Positions 18,508 through 28,460 of a stretch of 64,000 bases of DNA are shown here, in pieces; position 1 is the stretch's first letter; every line of letters starts with the position of its first letter. The DNA is from a virus (Duplodnaviria; Caudoviricetes). A program made the position numbers and the translations under genes. The stretch covers positions 10,053-74,052 of the IMG/VR virus record IMGVR_UViG_3300030330_005435, one strand, 5' to 3'. The notes under the pieces are model-generated. The model was not told where the DNA came from. It ran no database searches and worked only from the letters and a program-made list of their open reading frames with translations.

Positions 18508-19278
18508 TTAGCCACTCATTAGTTCATCGAATGCTTGGTCAACACTGCTCTTACCGTTGGCAGGACCATATTTGGCTGTTTCTGACGAACGGCCTTCTGC
18601 TGATGTATCACCAGAAAGCTGCTCGTCCAAGATAGCACCGACTTGCTGGGCACTAAGACGTTCGAAAAGTCCGTCAAAGTCTGGCATGCGATCAAGGAGG
18701 GCGGGGATCGCTTCTGCGTCTTCCAACAAGGTGGATGTGTTACGGCGCATCTTGAGGCTCGTTTGTGGATATGCACCAGGCTTGTTTGGCTTGGTGTATG
18801 TAAGGGTGATATCGGTTCCCTCCTTGGAATCTGTGATATCACCATACTCTGGGTCGAGGATATATCCAAGAAGAAGCTCATAGGCCTGCTTACCGTAGCC
18901 ATAGACCTTGATACCTTCTTCTTCTCGACCTCGAACAACGACTGGTGAGAAGTAGCGGGTTCGCACAAAAAGGCTTTTTGCAAGCTTCTTGCTCTCGTCG
19001 TCATTGTTGTCAACTCCTTCACGCCAAAGTGAAGAAGCGAATTCGCAAATTGGGCACTCTTCCCCATAATTACGCTTGGGGCAAAGAACACCGCCCTTGT
19101 GCTCACCCACATTATAGTGGAAGAACATTTCCTTCAAGGGGTCGCCATCGTTGGTCGGCACAATACGAATATCAGTGTCGCCCTCATCTGGCTTGAACCA
19201 AACAGACGTGCTGTCTTTCGTTCCCTCGCCACGAAGTGCGGCAAGTTTTTTTCTCATTAGTTCCATATTAATTGACAT
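18508..19278 (-). CDS. single-stranded DNA-binding protein, T4 gp32-like
   Basis: WFKPDEGDTDIRIVP, HYNV...CPKRNYGEECPICE (Zn site), acidic C-terminus VDQAFDELMSG. Confidence 0.85.
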   Translation of the reverse strand: MSINMELMRKKLAALRGEGTKDSTSVWFKPDEGDTDIRIVPTNDGDPLKEMFFHYNVGEHKGGVLCPKRNYGEECPICEFASSLWREGVDNNDDESKKLAKSLFVRTRYFSPVVVRGREEEGIKVYGYGKQAYELLLGYILDPEYGDITDSKEGTDITLTYTKPNKPGAYPQTSLKMRRNTSTLLEDAEAIPALLDRMPDFDGLFERLSAQQVGAILDEQLSGDTSAEGRSSETAKYGPANGKSSVDQAFDELMSG

Positions 19279-19330
19279 TAGTTTTTTCTCCTATTTGTTT
19301 GTAAAGTATACTGTGCGTTCCACAGCATCT

Positions 19331-19359
19331 AATGTATCACTCTTGCTCTAGCTTGTCAA
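19331..19359 (-). promoter_or_regulatory. sigma70 promoter with extended -10 for SSB
   Basis: Minus strand TTGACA-17 nt-TACATT with TGn before the -10; lies in the 3' end of the degenerate tubulin gene. Confidence 0.8.
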
Positions 19360-20200
19360 GAGTTTTTTTGGTTTGTACTACGTTAGTATGGGCAACGCAG
19401 AACCCAAAATCGTGATAAGGTGTTTCATAGATTGCATAAGAAATTTTGCGAAATGCATTTTTAGGCTTTTGCTTCAGCATGTCAACAATTTTCTTGTGTA
19501 ATCCTCCCTCGGTTTCTAATCTTTCTGTATTGATAGCTAAATAATAGCACAGTTCTCTCGGAGTGTCAAGGTTAAAAAACCATTTTTCCTCAAGATTTTT
19601 CATATTAAGCCCAGCAATCGCTCGAATACGATTAATTTCTGCTGGCTTTGATACTTGGCCAATCTCTGGCTCTGAATGAATAAAGTAATTTAAATGATGA
19701 ATAGCTGAAAAAATAAAATTATTCAATGATGCGTAATAGGTTTTAATATTCAAGTCGCCCAATGATTCCTCAATATGTAAATTTGAAATAACCGTAATTG
19801 AATTTAAAAGTCCAGATCTGGCATACTCCTGTAGGACTCCAAACGTTGTATTTTCAACAAGAACTGGATATCCAGTTAATAACTCTGTGTCTGGTTGAAT
19901 GTAAATTAAGTCAATCTTTTTATCTTTGATTTGTTCTAAAATACCAAGAGTGTAATTGGAACTAAAGGAACCCCCCATAACAAAAAATTGAATGTAATCA
20001 CTTGAGTCCTTAAAAAATTTTTCAACATTTGGAATATTTTGCTCATATTCTTCAGGTACATCATAGTTCTTTAATTTAAATTCATATTTGTTGTTTTTTG
20101 AAACACTGGAGTTTAGCTTATACACTTTATATTGTTTAATATCAGCGAACAATTCAGCTATCGCAGAAGCTGCATTTCCGAGACCCACTATTGAAATCAT
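19337..20200 (-). CDS. divergent tubulin/FtsZ-family protein with degenerate GTPase signature
   Basis: ISIVGLGNAASAIAE (T1-like loop); FFVMGGSFSS where GGGTGSG is expected; LIYIQPDTELL. Confidence 0.6.
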   Translation of the reverse strand: MISIVGLGNAASAIAELFADIKQYKVYKLNSSVSKNNKYEFKLKNYDVPEEYEQNIPNVEKFFKDSSDYIQFFVMGGSFSSNYTLGILEQIKDKKIDLIYIQPDTELLTGYPVLVENTTFGVLQEYARSGLLNSITVISNLHIEESLGDLNIKTYYASLNNFIFSAIHHLNYFIHSEPEIGQVSKPAEINRIRAIAGLNMKNLEEKWFFNLDTPRELCYYLAINTERLETEGGLHKKIVDMLKQKPKNAFRKISYAIYETPYHDFGFCVAHTNVVQTKKTLDKLEQE

Positions 20201-21366
20201 AACTTTAACTCTTTGAGGTTATAAGCATCTTTGCCAGCACTAACTGATGCCATGAAGCCGTCTTCAAATATTTCCTTTATATCACCAATCATCTCTCGAT
20301 CATCATCGCAATAATCCAAAACAATTTCATCATGAATTATGTGAGACACATAACTTTTGTGACCTTCGAGCGCTTGGTCAATTTTTACCGCTTTATCCAA
20401 AACTCGATCAGCAGTAGCACTTTGTATAAGATAGTTAAATGCCTTTCTTTGCTCGACTTCAATTTGTCGTCCGTACGGCGTTTTAATAAAGGTGCCGTCG
20501 TACCATTTTTGTAACAAAGTTTCACGATCATAAAAATCAGTCTTAATATCATTTGAATCGGGATCGTAAAGCCACGCAAAAAATCTAACCTTGCATTCAT
20601 CACGTGTTACATCTTGTTCAAACAAATGTTTTGCATTCCACTCATGTATATCTTCCTTTGGCTGCGCAACGCCTTGCAATTCGAGTAGTGTGCGTACCTC
20701 CGCACCATTGTAATCTAATGCAACGAACAGATCGTTATTGGGCTTTATAATCTGTCTGATTTCTTTTTTAACAGTTAACATAGGAAAAGAATTTTGTTTT
20801 GTTGTAAGACGGCCTGTCACTGTACCAAACAAATCATAGTCAATAAAATTTTGGTTTGCTATCTTTTTAATCTTAGTTCGCATGGGCGTTGAAGTTAATA
20901 AATGCTTGCAGTCGCTAATCTCAATATTTAAATTCTGATAACGTATTTTATGAAGAAGTTTTTGAACGGCGTCTAAATGATCGTAGTTTTTAGGTTTTGC
21001 AAAGTTATCAAAAACGTGTTCAGTAACTTTATTTTTAATTTCACAAAATTGTAGTAAAAAATCATGCGGGATCAAATCATAAATGCAATGATCACGCAAA
21101 TTTATTTTAGCAATCTCAAAAGATTTTACATATGCGCGGGCCTTTTTTTGAGCGTTCTGTAATTCCTCTACCAATTCCGCAGGGCAACACTCAACAAGCT
21201 CTTGACCGCCCGCATAAAGCCAACCATACTCAACTGTTTCATCACATATAGAACCACTATATTTCCAAGTCTTGGTAAGTCCTGTTGGTATGTTTTTGAA
21301 GTCAAGTTTTCCGTTAGCGTATATGCCGATGCATTCATTTTTATCGTCAATAGCCTGAAAAATCAT
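20197..21366 (-). CDS. compact family A DNA polymerase-like protein
   Basis: TVTGRLT, motif A VALDYNGAEVR, motif B RDECKVRFFAWLY, AFNYLIQSATAD, motif C IIHDEIV; start MIFQAID has a GAGGG SD. Confidence 0.8.
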   Translation of the reverse strand: MIFQAIDDKNECIGIYANGKLDFKNIPTGLTKTWKYSGSICDETVEYGWLYAGGQELVECCPAELVEELQNAQKKARAYVKSFEIAKINLRDHCIYDLIPHDFLLQFCEIKNKVTEHVFDNFAKPKNYDHLDAVQKLLHKIRYQNLNIEISDCKHLLTSTPMRTKIKKIANQNFIDYDLFGTVTGRLTTKQNSFPMLTVKKEIRQIIKPNNDLFVALDYNGAEVRTLLELQGVAQPKEDIHEWNAKHLFEQDVTRDECKVRFFAWLYDPDSNDIKTDFYDRETLLQKWYDGTFIKTPYGRQIEVEQRKAFNYLIQSATADRVLDKAVKIDQALEGHKSYVSHIIHDEIVLDYCDDDREMIGDIKEIFEDGFMASVSAGKDAYNLKELKL

Positions 21367-22612
21367 TCCCACCCTCTTCCACTGTAATGTTGGATATCTT
21401 GCCTTTTTGAAAATCTTCAAGGCGGCGTTTTCTTTTACCTTCTCTAATATATCCTAAAGAGCCTTCAATGTCAAATGTTTTATTTATTTGTGACTCTAAA
21501 AATTCAAAAAGGTGATTTAAATTAGGGTTTGCGTTAAAATGATCAAGCTGATCTTTTACAACTCTATTGCACATTTCGCCGCTTAAATCAGGCATCTCTT
21601 CGTAAAGACGTATTTTGGTATATATCTCAACAAAATCATTATCGCTAAACTGTTCTTTAAATTGTTGGAAAGTGTATCGCTCTGGCACAGTAGCACTTTG
21701 CACAATAGCACCAGTATCATCGCACACCACTAAATCGATGTACTCTTGTCTAATCAAATTGTATAAATCAAACATTGTTTTTTTAAAAAATGAAAAGTTA
21801 TATCTTGACGAATTTGCATAATAATATGCCAATGTTTTATCTGCGGAATTTGTTTCGATATACTTTGACGTCATTTCTAAAACACAATCTGCGTTTAAAT
21901 CAATTACAATCCTCCATGGTATATTTAAGTCTACCATAAATCCGTACGAATCGCAAGTATTAACAAAAAAATGCCAATTTGGGCTTTTAACGAATGTGTT
22001 AATTTTGTCATCATCGTTTATATAATCTGAGTCGGCTATTTCAATAGCGAGCCCAGTAGACATTATTGAGCAATTCTTGCTTTTCAAAAATCCAGTGAAT
22101 GTTAGTGGTTGATATTTTACTACTTCTTTAAGAATCGGCATTATTGCTGTGACCATTTGTTTAAAATTAGTTATCCGCACGCCTTCTTGCAATAACAACC
22201 CTGCCATAGAATTGAAAAACTGAACTTTATATGTCTGATACAGCGTAAGGGGGTCCTCGTATGCTTTATAAGCTTTTAAATTAGTTAAGAACGGATCATT
22301 TTCATTTATAGTGCCGTTTTGTGCGCATTTTTTAAATTGGTCGACCATAGCATTGAATAGATCTACCACAAAGTTAACTGCAACTGGGGGAGTTGGTTGT
22401 TCTTCATAATATGCTATGTTAGTTAATTTATCTTTGGTAACTACTATAGGCACAAAGTTTCTATTAATTTTACCATATAAAATCTTTTCAGCACCATCCA
22501 TTTGAATTATATTATTATGGTTTTGTGCTTTTAAGTATTCTCTATAAACAGTCCTTTTATTAAAAAGGCGCATTGTGCTCTCGCCATTTGTTTCAGCAAA
22601 ATATTGTGACAT
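21347..22612 (-). CDS. hypothetical protein at the end of the baseplate operon
   Basis: 421-aa ORF contiguous with the baseplate genes; no motif recognised. Confidence 0.7.
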   Translation of the reverse strand: MSQYFAETNGESTMRLFNKRTVYREYLKAQNHNNIIQMDGAEKILYGKINRNFVPIVVTKDKLTNIAYYEEQPTPPVAVNFVVDLFNAMVDQFKKCAQNGTINENDPFLTNLKAYKAYEDPLTLYQTYKVQFFNSMAGLLLQEGVRITNFKQMVTAIMPILKEVVKYQPLTFTGFLKSKNCSIMSTGLAIEIADSDYINDDDKINTFVKSPNWHFFVNTCDSYGFMVDLNIPWRIVIDLNADCVLEMTSKYIETNSADKTLAYYYANSSRYNFSFFKKTMFDLYNLIRQEYIDLVVCDDTGAIVQSATVPERYTFQQFKEQFSDNDFVEIYTKIRLYEEMPDLSGEMCNRVVKDQLDHFNANPNLNHLFEFLESQINKTFDIEGSLGYIREGKRKRRLEDFQKGKISNITVEEGGNDFSGY

Positions 22613-22613
22613 A

Positions 22614-25600
22614 TTATGGCTTCTCCATTTCAGTTATTCTGTTGTCGATTGTACTTTGGCAAGATGGGTCTGGCTCTCCAGATTCGATACCGGTGCCACC
22701 TTCCGCTGGGGGGAAGTCATTGTGTAAATTAGCCACCCATTTAGCGGATATTTGCGATGATGCTTCACCCATCGCAAATTTGTGTGTGGAGCGTATTATC
22801 ATATAATAACCTCCAATTCCAACTTGTGATAAATCAAAATTAACTTTTTTGCCGTTTTTATCCACTGTTTGCGGTGGCAATCTAGCAAAACTAGGATCAA
22901 AACCAGCAGGTGGAACATATATGTACATTCCAGGATATGTGTTTACGTTTGCGTATGAAGTAATATCTAAATCGTAAACAACTCTAAGTTGTGAAAGCCC
23001 ATCGTATCCATCTTGCTCAAATCTAACTTCGGCTAATCCCTTTGATGTTGTTTTTTGCAAATTAATTTCTTTTATCAGGCCACGATCGCGACCCAATAAA
23101 TAATGAAAAACACCATTTGCGCTGTCTGCTTCTCTGTTTGGAACACTGCCATGGGCTGAAACTCTGGCGGCATAAAAAACCATATAATTGATTTCATTTG
23201 AAAGAGGCGGATAATTAGAAAATTTATTATTTGGACGGCCTGAAACATTTAGTATCGGCCCTAAATTGCTTGAGTCTCCATTTACAATAGTTCCGTCAGC
23301 ATTTAAGCCTCTGTGATCTTGTACTACAGCGTCTGCCATATTTAATTTTGTTGGATTACCGCCGTATTCGAGATTCTTCATTGCTTTAGCTTTTCTTCTA
23401 AGTAAATAAGTAATTTCGTCAAGGCCACCATATTCAGGCGCGGAATATGTTGTTAGGGTGGCTTGGTTAACTCTAACCTTTTGTTTTATGTCAAAATAAA
23501 AACACCTATTGTTATTTAAAAATTTAGTTACCAAATTGTTCATAAGTTGATTCAAAAACGCTGATAAAGAATAAAACACCTCGTCTTTTGACAACACTTT
23601 ACCTGCCACCCACTCTAAAAAATATTTTACAGAAATTGGCAAATCTCCAAAACTAACAAATACTGAAGGATGTCCTTTCTCAAAATTGCTGTGATGTGCC
23701 AACTCGATAGGTCCTAGCAATAGCCTAAATCTTTTTAAATTTTTCTTGTATTTTTCAAGATCTGCCATGCGTTTGTTCCAATCATCAATATGAATTAAAT
23801 CTTCGCTACTGTCAGATGTAGTTGTTAAATCTTTTTTATTTTGGTCCTTTTTATACTGTTCAGACAATTTTTCTAATTCAAGTTGAATGTTTTCTAGCAC
23901 AACATCAATTAAATCACTTAAGTAAAAAAAGCTCAACTCATTACTTTGTGGCGATGCAGCAAAAAGTGCAGCTTTAAGTGAGGCCTCGGAAGCCTGCTCA
24001 TCAGTGTTTCCTTGCTGTTGACTATATGCCGCAAAAGCATCATTAATAATTTCCTGTTGAACTTCGTCCCTGTCAGAATCACTAAGCACAATATCATCTT
24101 CAGAATTTGAGATTACGTAATCCTCATAAGCATTATATGGCCCATCGGCAATAAAGTTTTGTATTTTTTCGTAATCAATATTAATGTAGTATATTTTTTT
24201 CTTTTGAATCATTGCTCTCATCAAAGAACTTAATGAGTCGTTGACTTCTTTCTGTACTATATCTTTGTATTTCTGATTTAAGTCTTGTATTTCTTCAGCA
24301 GATGAGCACTTAGAGCGAATGCGCGCCATTTGCATGCGACGTAATTCTCTTTGCCATCCTACTTTGCCTGTTGGGTCAGCAAAAACATTAAACCCTCTGT
24401 CATCGAAAAAATCGTCTATATAGGCAAGATAATTAATCTCAAAAGTCACTGCGCCAGTTTGATCGAATGCAAAATTATGAATTGTTGGTGTTAAATTAAG
24501 AGTTACATATGAATTGGATAATACAGATTTCAATTTATTTTTTTCATCAGCACTTAACCCAGGAATATCGCCTTTTGGCATTGACCATCCCACAACTGCT
24601 TTTAATCTGAAATTTAATTTTGCTAAATTTGCATTTTCATCAAATATCTTTTGATATTTTTTAGCTAATGAGTTATTGTTGCTAAACTTAGAAAAAGTTT
24701 TTAATGCCAAATCAATGTAGCGATAATTTTTGTTTGGACCTGCTGATAGGCTACCATTTTTTACTCTAGTTGTTTCGCCCTTTCTCTCAAGAAAAAGTTC
24801 CTGGAACGTTGCCGCGTGTAACACTAATTTAGCTTTGATACTTTTTTTATATGAAAATGGGTTACTGCCATCATAAGTAAATTCAAACTCTTTTAAACCG
24901 ACACCAGCAGACCTCGTTCTTCTGCCGAGAAAAACATCTGATAATTCTGCTTGGGTGAATGCAGAATTAAATTTCATTTCTACTTCAGTTTCTAAATCAG
25001 TATGTTCGTTATCATCCATTTCTTCACTGTATTCTACTTTAAAAAGTCTTATCATTGGTTGTAATGCTGAAAGTTGGTGATGAGGTATATCTATTAATGC
25101 TGCATAATTTGGTGATTGTGTAAGTTTGTTTATAAACCCAAAAGAGTCGCCATTCATTTGTAATGAAGCATTGTATGTGCTCTGTGCTGCAAAATCTGTT
25201 TGATTGACCTCCAAGTCTTCAATATTGCAATAAGGTAGTCTTTTGGTTACTCCTGAACTGTTAATCGCTGTAAGGTTATCGTCTACGTGTTCGAGTTTTT
25301 TATTCTTAAATTCTGCAATTTTTGCCGCATAAGCAAGCAAAAAGCATTGTTCCTTAAACAGTTTTTTGTCTTCAAGTGAGCCAAAACCAATATCGTCCAA
25401 GTCTGTATCAGCTAAATTTTCCATGGCCTGATTAAAAGCTTCCTGGGCAACATCGTCATCCAACACTTCTGCCGCTTCGGGAATATTGTTACGCAGATCA
25501 TCAATAAAATCGTCAAAATCGTCTTTTGCGTCCTTAATGTCTTCAGCACAACGTTTAATTTTATCAAGAAGAGATTTTAAGCTTGGTAAAAGGCTAGTGC

Positions 25601-26897
25601 CTCCTGAAACTAAAAACTGCTTAAGAGGTCCCTCGGGCAATTTATTCACTGCAGGGGTGCAAAAATCGTCAATAAACCCTATTAGTCCTGGCGCTGAATC
25701 AAACCCTTTTCCAGCAAGCCCCACTGTGCCTTTAGCTGGTTCCCCATAATATGTTAAAATTGCTTGCGCTTTGTTGAATAAAGCTGCTGATGATCCGTCC
25801 GCACCGCCAGTAAACGCGGCGACTTCAGATTCGGTTGGTAAATATTGCATCAGACCTTGTTCTAGAACGTTATGAAGGCCCACCAAGAAAGAGGCGTATA
25901 AATGCGGTATATCACCCAGAGGTATAGGGCTTGGCTGGCTTATGTCTCCGTAAAATTCTGGTGTTTTCAGTGATTGTCTTGCCTCATCACTAATTAAAAT
26001 ATGATCATATTGAGAAATCTCGCCTCCCACTCTCAAATAGTCAGGCACACTAGTAGGCGGGTCTGTTGTGATTAATAAATTAGTTGCGTTGCCCACTCTG
26101 CCATAATCAATCGCTGGGGCCCCTTCGGTCATGCCAATTTGCTCAAGCGCTCTAAGTTGTGCAGCCTCTATCGATTCTTCGTAAGAAGCAACCTGTTCTG
26201 CAGCGCCTGGAATTCCCAATGCGGCGGCTTGTCTTGCTTCGTTTATATCTGAAGCAGGCCCAACAGTTGGAGCATACTGGTTAATTGGCGCCCTTCCTCG
26301 TAATGTGTTGGCATCAAAATTATTAAACATGCCTGCTTCTGGATCGGAAGCTCCCTCAAAAAACAAATCAATTGCTTGTTGCAGCATAACTCTTGCGTTT
26401 TTTAAATTTTCTGCGCATTCCATTGATGCTTGTTTTGCTATGCTGCCTGCTTTTTGAACATCCTCTTTAACTATTTCTAGAAGTTCTGCTGCTCTATAGT
26501 CTTGCCATGCCTTATCTAACGTGTCTTGTACGTGTTGGCTACCGCCGTCGCAACCTGCTGATATAAAGGCCTGGTCGATAACGTCTTCGTAGGCGCCGCG
26601 AATCGTCGCGGGACCGACACGGTCGACTGGAATACCTAGGTGTTCAGCGTAGGTTTCGTCAGTGATGCCAATGGCCTTCTGTACATCCGTGCTCGTCGTC
26701 GAGCCGTATTGCTTGATAGCAGTTCTGTAAGTCTTGGAGAAAGCGGCGCATTTAGGTCCGAAGAAACGTTCGACATTTCCGTATTTCCAATCGGCTTCTG
26801 TTGTACCGCCATCAAGCTGTTCAACTCTTTCTTTAAAGGCAGTTTCGTATTTTTCCTTAATTTCTTGATCTGACATATCTAAAATGTTATCAGACAT
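22614..26897 (-). CDS. large virion structural protein, probable baseplate hub
   Basis: 1427 aa, downstream of the LysM and tube-initiator genes; C-terminal GLIKEINL...YPGMYIYV...GIGGYYMIIRSTHKF resembles hub (gp27/late control D-like) ends. Confidence 0.6.
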   Translation of the reverse strand: MSDNILDMSDQEIKEKYETAFKERVEQLDGGTTEADWKYGNVERFFGPKCAAFSKTYRTAIKQYGSTTSTDVQKAIGITDETYAEHLGIPVDRVGPATIRGAYEDVIDQAFISAGCDGGSQHVQDTLDKAWQDYRAAELLEIVKEDVQKAGSIAKQASMECAENLKNARVMLQQAIDLFFEGASDPEAGMFNNFDANTLRGRAPINQYAPTVGPASDINEARQAAALGIPGAAEQVASYEESIEAAQLRALEQIGMTEGAPAIDYGRVGNATNLLITTDPPTSVPDYLRVGGEISQYDHILISDEARQSLKTPEFYGDISQPSPIPLGDIPHLYASFLVGLHNVLEQGLMQYLPTESEVAAFTGGADGSSAALFNKAQAILTYYGEPAKGTVGLAGKGFDSAPGLIGFIDDFCTPAVNKLPEGPLKQFLVSGGTSLLPSLKSLLDKIKRCAEDIKDAKDDFDDFIDDLRNNIPEAAEVLDDDVAQEAFNQAMENLADTDLDDIGFGSLEDKKLFKEQCFLLAYAAKIAEFKNKKLEHVDDNLTAINSSGVTKRLPYCNIEDLEVNQTDFAAQSTYNASLQMNGDSFGFINKLTQSPNYAALIDIPHHQLSALQPMIRLFKVEYSEEMDDNEHTDLETEVEMKFNSAFTQAELSDVFLGRRTRSAGVGLKEFEFTYDGSNPFSYKKSIKAKLVLHAATFQELFLERKGETTRVKNGSLSAGPNKNYRYIDLALKTFSKFSNNNSLAKKYQKIFDENANLAKLNFRLKAVVGWSMPKGDIPGLSADEKNKLKSVLSNSYVTLNLTPTIHNFAFDQTGAVTFEINYLAYIDDFFDDRGFNVFADPTGKVGWQRELRRMQMARIRSKCSSAEEIQDLNQKYKDIVQKEVNDSLSSLMRAMIQKKKIYYINIDYEKIQNFIADGPYNAYEDYVISNSEDDIVLSDSDRDEVQQEIINDAFAAYSQQQGNTDEQASEASLKAALFAASPQSNELSFFYLSDLIDVVLENIQLELEKLSEQYKKDQNKKDLTTTSDSSEDLIHIDDWNKRMADLEKYKKNLKRFRLLLGPIELAHHSNFEKGHPSVFVSFGDLPISVKYFLEWVAGKVLSKDEVFYSLSAFLNQLMNNLVTKFLNNNRCFYFDIKQKVRVNQATLTTYSAPEYGGLDEITYLLRRKAKAMKNLEYGGNPTKLNMADAVVQDHRGLNADGTIVNGDSSNLGPILNVSGRPNNKFSNYPPLSNEINYMVFYAARVSAHGSVPNREADSANGVFHYLLGRDRGLIKEINLQKTTSKGLAEVRFEQDGYDGLSQLRVVYDLDITSYANVNTYPGMYIYVPPAGFDPSFARLPPQTVDKNGKKVNFDLSQVGIGGYYMIIRSTHKFAMGEASSQISAKWVANLHNDFPPAEGGTGIESGEPDPSCQSTIDNRITEMEKP

Positions 26898-27241
26898 TAA
26901 TATACTCCAAGGGCCATCAGAACTTTTTCTAAGTTTAACGGAATGACAATAGCATCTCCGTTTTGAATATCGGCTTCTGTTGGCAATCCGTTATACCAAG
27001 CAATAACCCACCAATATTCTGGATCATCGTAATATTTGTGTGCGAGATTATAAAACCTGTCGCCATACTTCCATATATGGGCGGTTGTTTTTAAAGAAGC
27101 TCTATCCAACATTGTTGGGTGGCGCATAACTACAGTTGACATATGAGAAATAGACTTTGTGTTGCCTCTTTTCTTTCTAAGAAATTCATAAAATTCAGTG
27201 CTATTATCTAAAATTTGCGATCTTGTGTATCTTGTAGACAT
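26897..27241 (-). CDS. LysM-like baseplate wedge protein (gp53/tail X-like)
   Basis: HIWKYGDRFYNLAHKYYDDPEYWWVIAWYN...GDAIVIP. Confidence 0.8.
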   Translation of the reverse strand: MSTRYTRSQILDNSTEFYEFLRKKRGNTKSISHMSTVVMRHPTMLDRASLKTTAHIWKYGDRFYNLAHKYYDDPEYWWVIAWYNGLPTEADIQNGDAIVIPLNLEKVLMALGVY

Positions 27242-27252
27242 TTATAAACTCC

Positions 27253-28452
27253 TTAATCAATGAACTCACTCAAAAAAGACCCATAGGCTGCTTCTTCAGA
27301 TTTAGTAGCTTCATCAGGATACGGTCTTGCATTAAATGGTTTCTTGTCTTTTACGGCGGCGCTGCGCTCAGAGATCTTGTTTTTTCTTCTTTCGCCTTTT
27401 GCTGTTAGTTCGTATTCTATTTTGCCATCTACAACTCCGCCTGCAATTAGATAGCCAGCAGCTATGGCGTTTTTAATCATTTGTTCTTTCTTTTCTCGCT
27501 CTTCATCAGCCAAAAGTTTGTCAATTTGTTTTTGAACCGCGGCTTGGGCTGCAAGTGCTTGGTTTAGATCCAATTGGGCTTGGGAGCCAGCTGCGTTAGA
27601 ATCATTTACGTTTATTCCATAAGGAAACAATCTATCGTTGAAGGCGTTTTTTTCCCATCCAAGTGTATTTTCGTGTATAACATCAAAATCAAGTGTTACT
27701 TCAATTGCTTTTGGAATTATAACACCATCTGCTAAAATAAAAGAGCCCATTTCTAAGTTGTCTATGTTATGATTAACACTCACATTTCTAATAGCCCCTA
27801 GCAAACCTTGGCTAGCAGCGCCATGCGACAAAGTTTTTTGAGCTTGTTTGTGGTGTTTAAGATTGCCTACTGCGGGCGGTTCCGGAAGGCCCGAGAACGC
27901 ATTTACCACTGGAACTTGTGATTGGCGAATCATATTCATTATTCTCATCCTAATTAACGGAGACTGCGATACAGTTAAAGCGTTATCGACGTCTTCATAT
28001 GTCGGATACAAAAAGGATAAAAGTTCTTGTACTTTACCTAAATTTTCAAATGCTTCGCCTTCAGAAGAAGCTGGTATGATTAATGACAAAGTTATGCTTC
28101 TTGTTGTTTGTTTAAACATTCTAATTGGATCAGTTCGTCCATAAACGGATTCAGAATTCCAATCGCTACTAAAGGTTTCATTAAAAGCATTTATAAATGA
28201 TTTAAAGTGCACATAGTTGCTTGTCGGAACATGAAAAAATGATACAGCAAACCCCCTGTTTGCAAATGCATCCGATCCATCACTATAGTAAACTTTAGTC
28301 GCGTTAATAGCGTTACCCTTCGCATCGATGCCGCTTTTTAATTCATCAAGAGTATATTCTGCCAAGTGTCCAACTTGGCCCGTTTCAGGATCACCATTTT
28401 CTTTTACTAAGCTTGCAAATTTGTTAGTGCTGTAATAATCTTTTATGCCCAT
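27253..28452 (-). CDS. baseplate/tail tube initiator-like protein
   Basis: FNETFSSDWNSESVYGRTDPIRMFKQTTRSITLSL resembles tube-initiator proteins; lies directly after the tape measure gene. Confidence 0.6.
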   Translation of the reverse strand: MGIKDYYSTNKFASLVKENGDPETGQVGHLAEYTLDELKSGIDAKGNAINATKVYYSDGSDAFANRGFAVSFFHVPTSNYVHFKSFINAFNETFSSDWNSESVYGRTDPIRMFKQTTRSITLSLIIPASSEGEAFENLGKVQELLSFLYPTYEDVDNALTVSQSPLIRMRIMNMIRQSQVPVVNAFSGLPEPPAVGNLKHHKQAQKTLSHGAASQGLLGAIRNVSVNHNIDNLEMGSFILADGVIIPKAIEVTLDFDVIHENTLGWEKNAFNDRLFPYGINVNDSNAAGSQAQLDLNQALAAQAAVQKQIDKLLADEEREKKEQMIKNAIAAGYLIAGGVVDGKIEYELTAKGERRKNKISERSAAVKDKKPFNARPYPDEATKSEEAAYGSFLSEFID

Positions 28453-28460
28453 TTATATCT

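Noticed and set aside
18519-19112. 197-aa alternative-frame ORF inside the SSB gene
   Set aside because: No SD or motif; a by-product of the codon bias of a highly expressed gene
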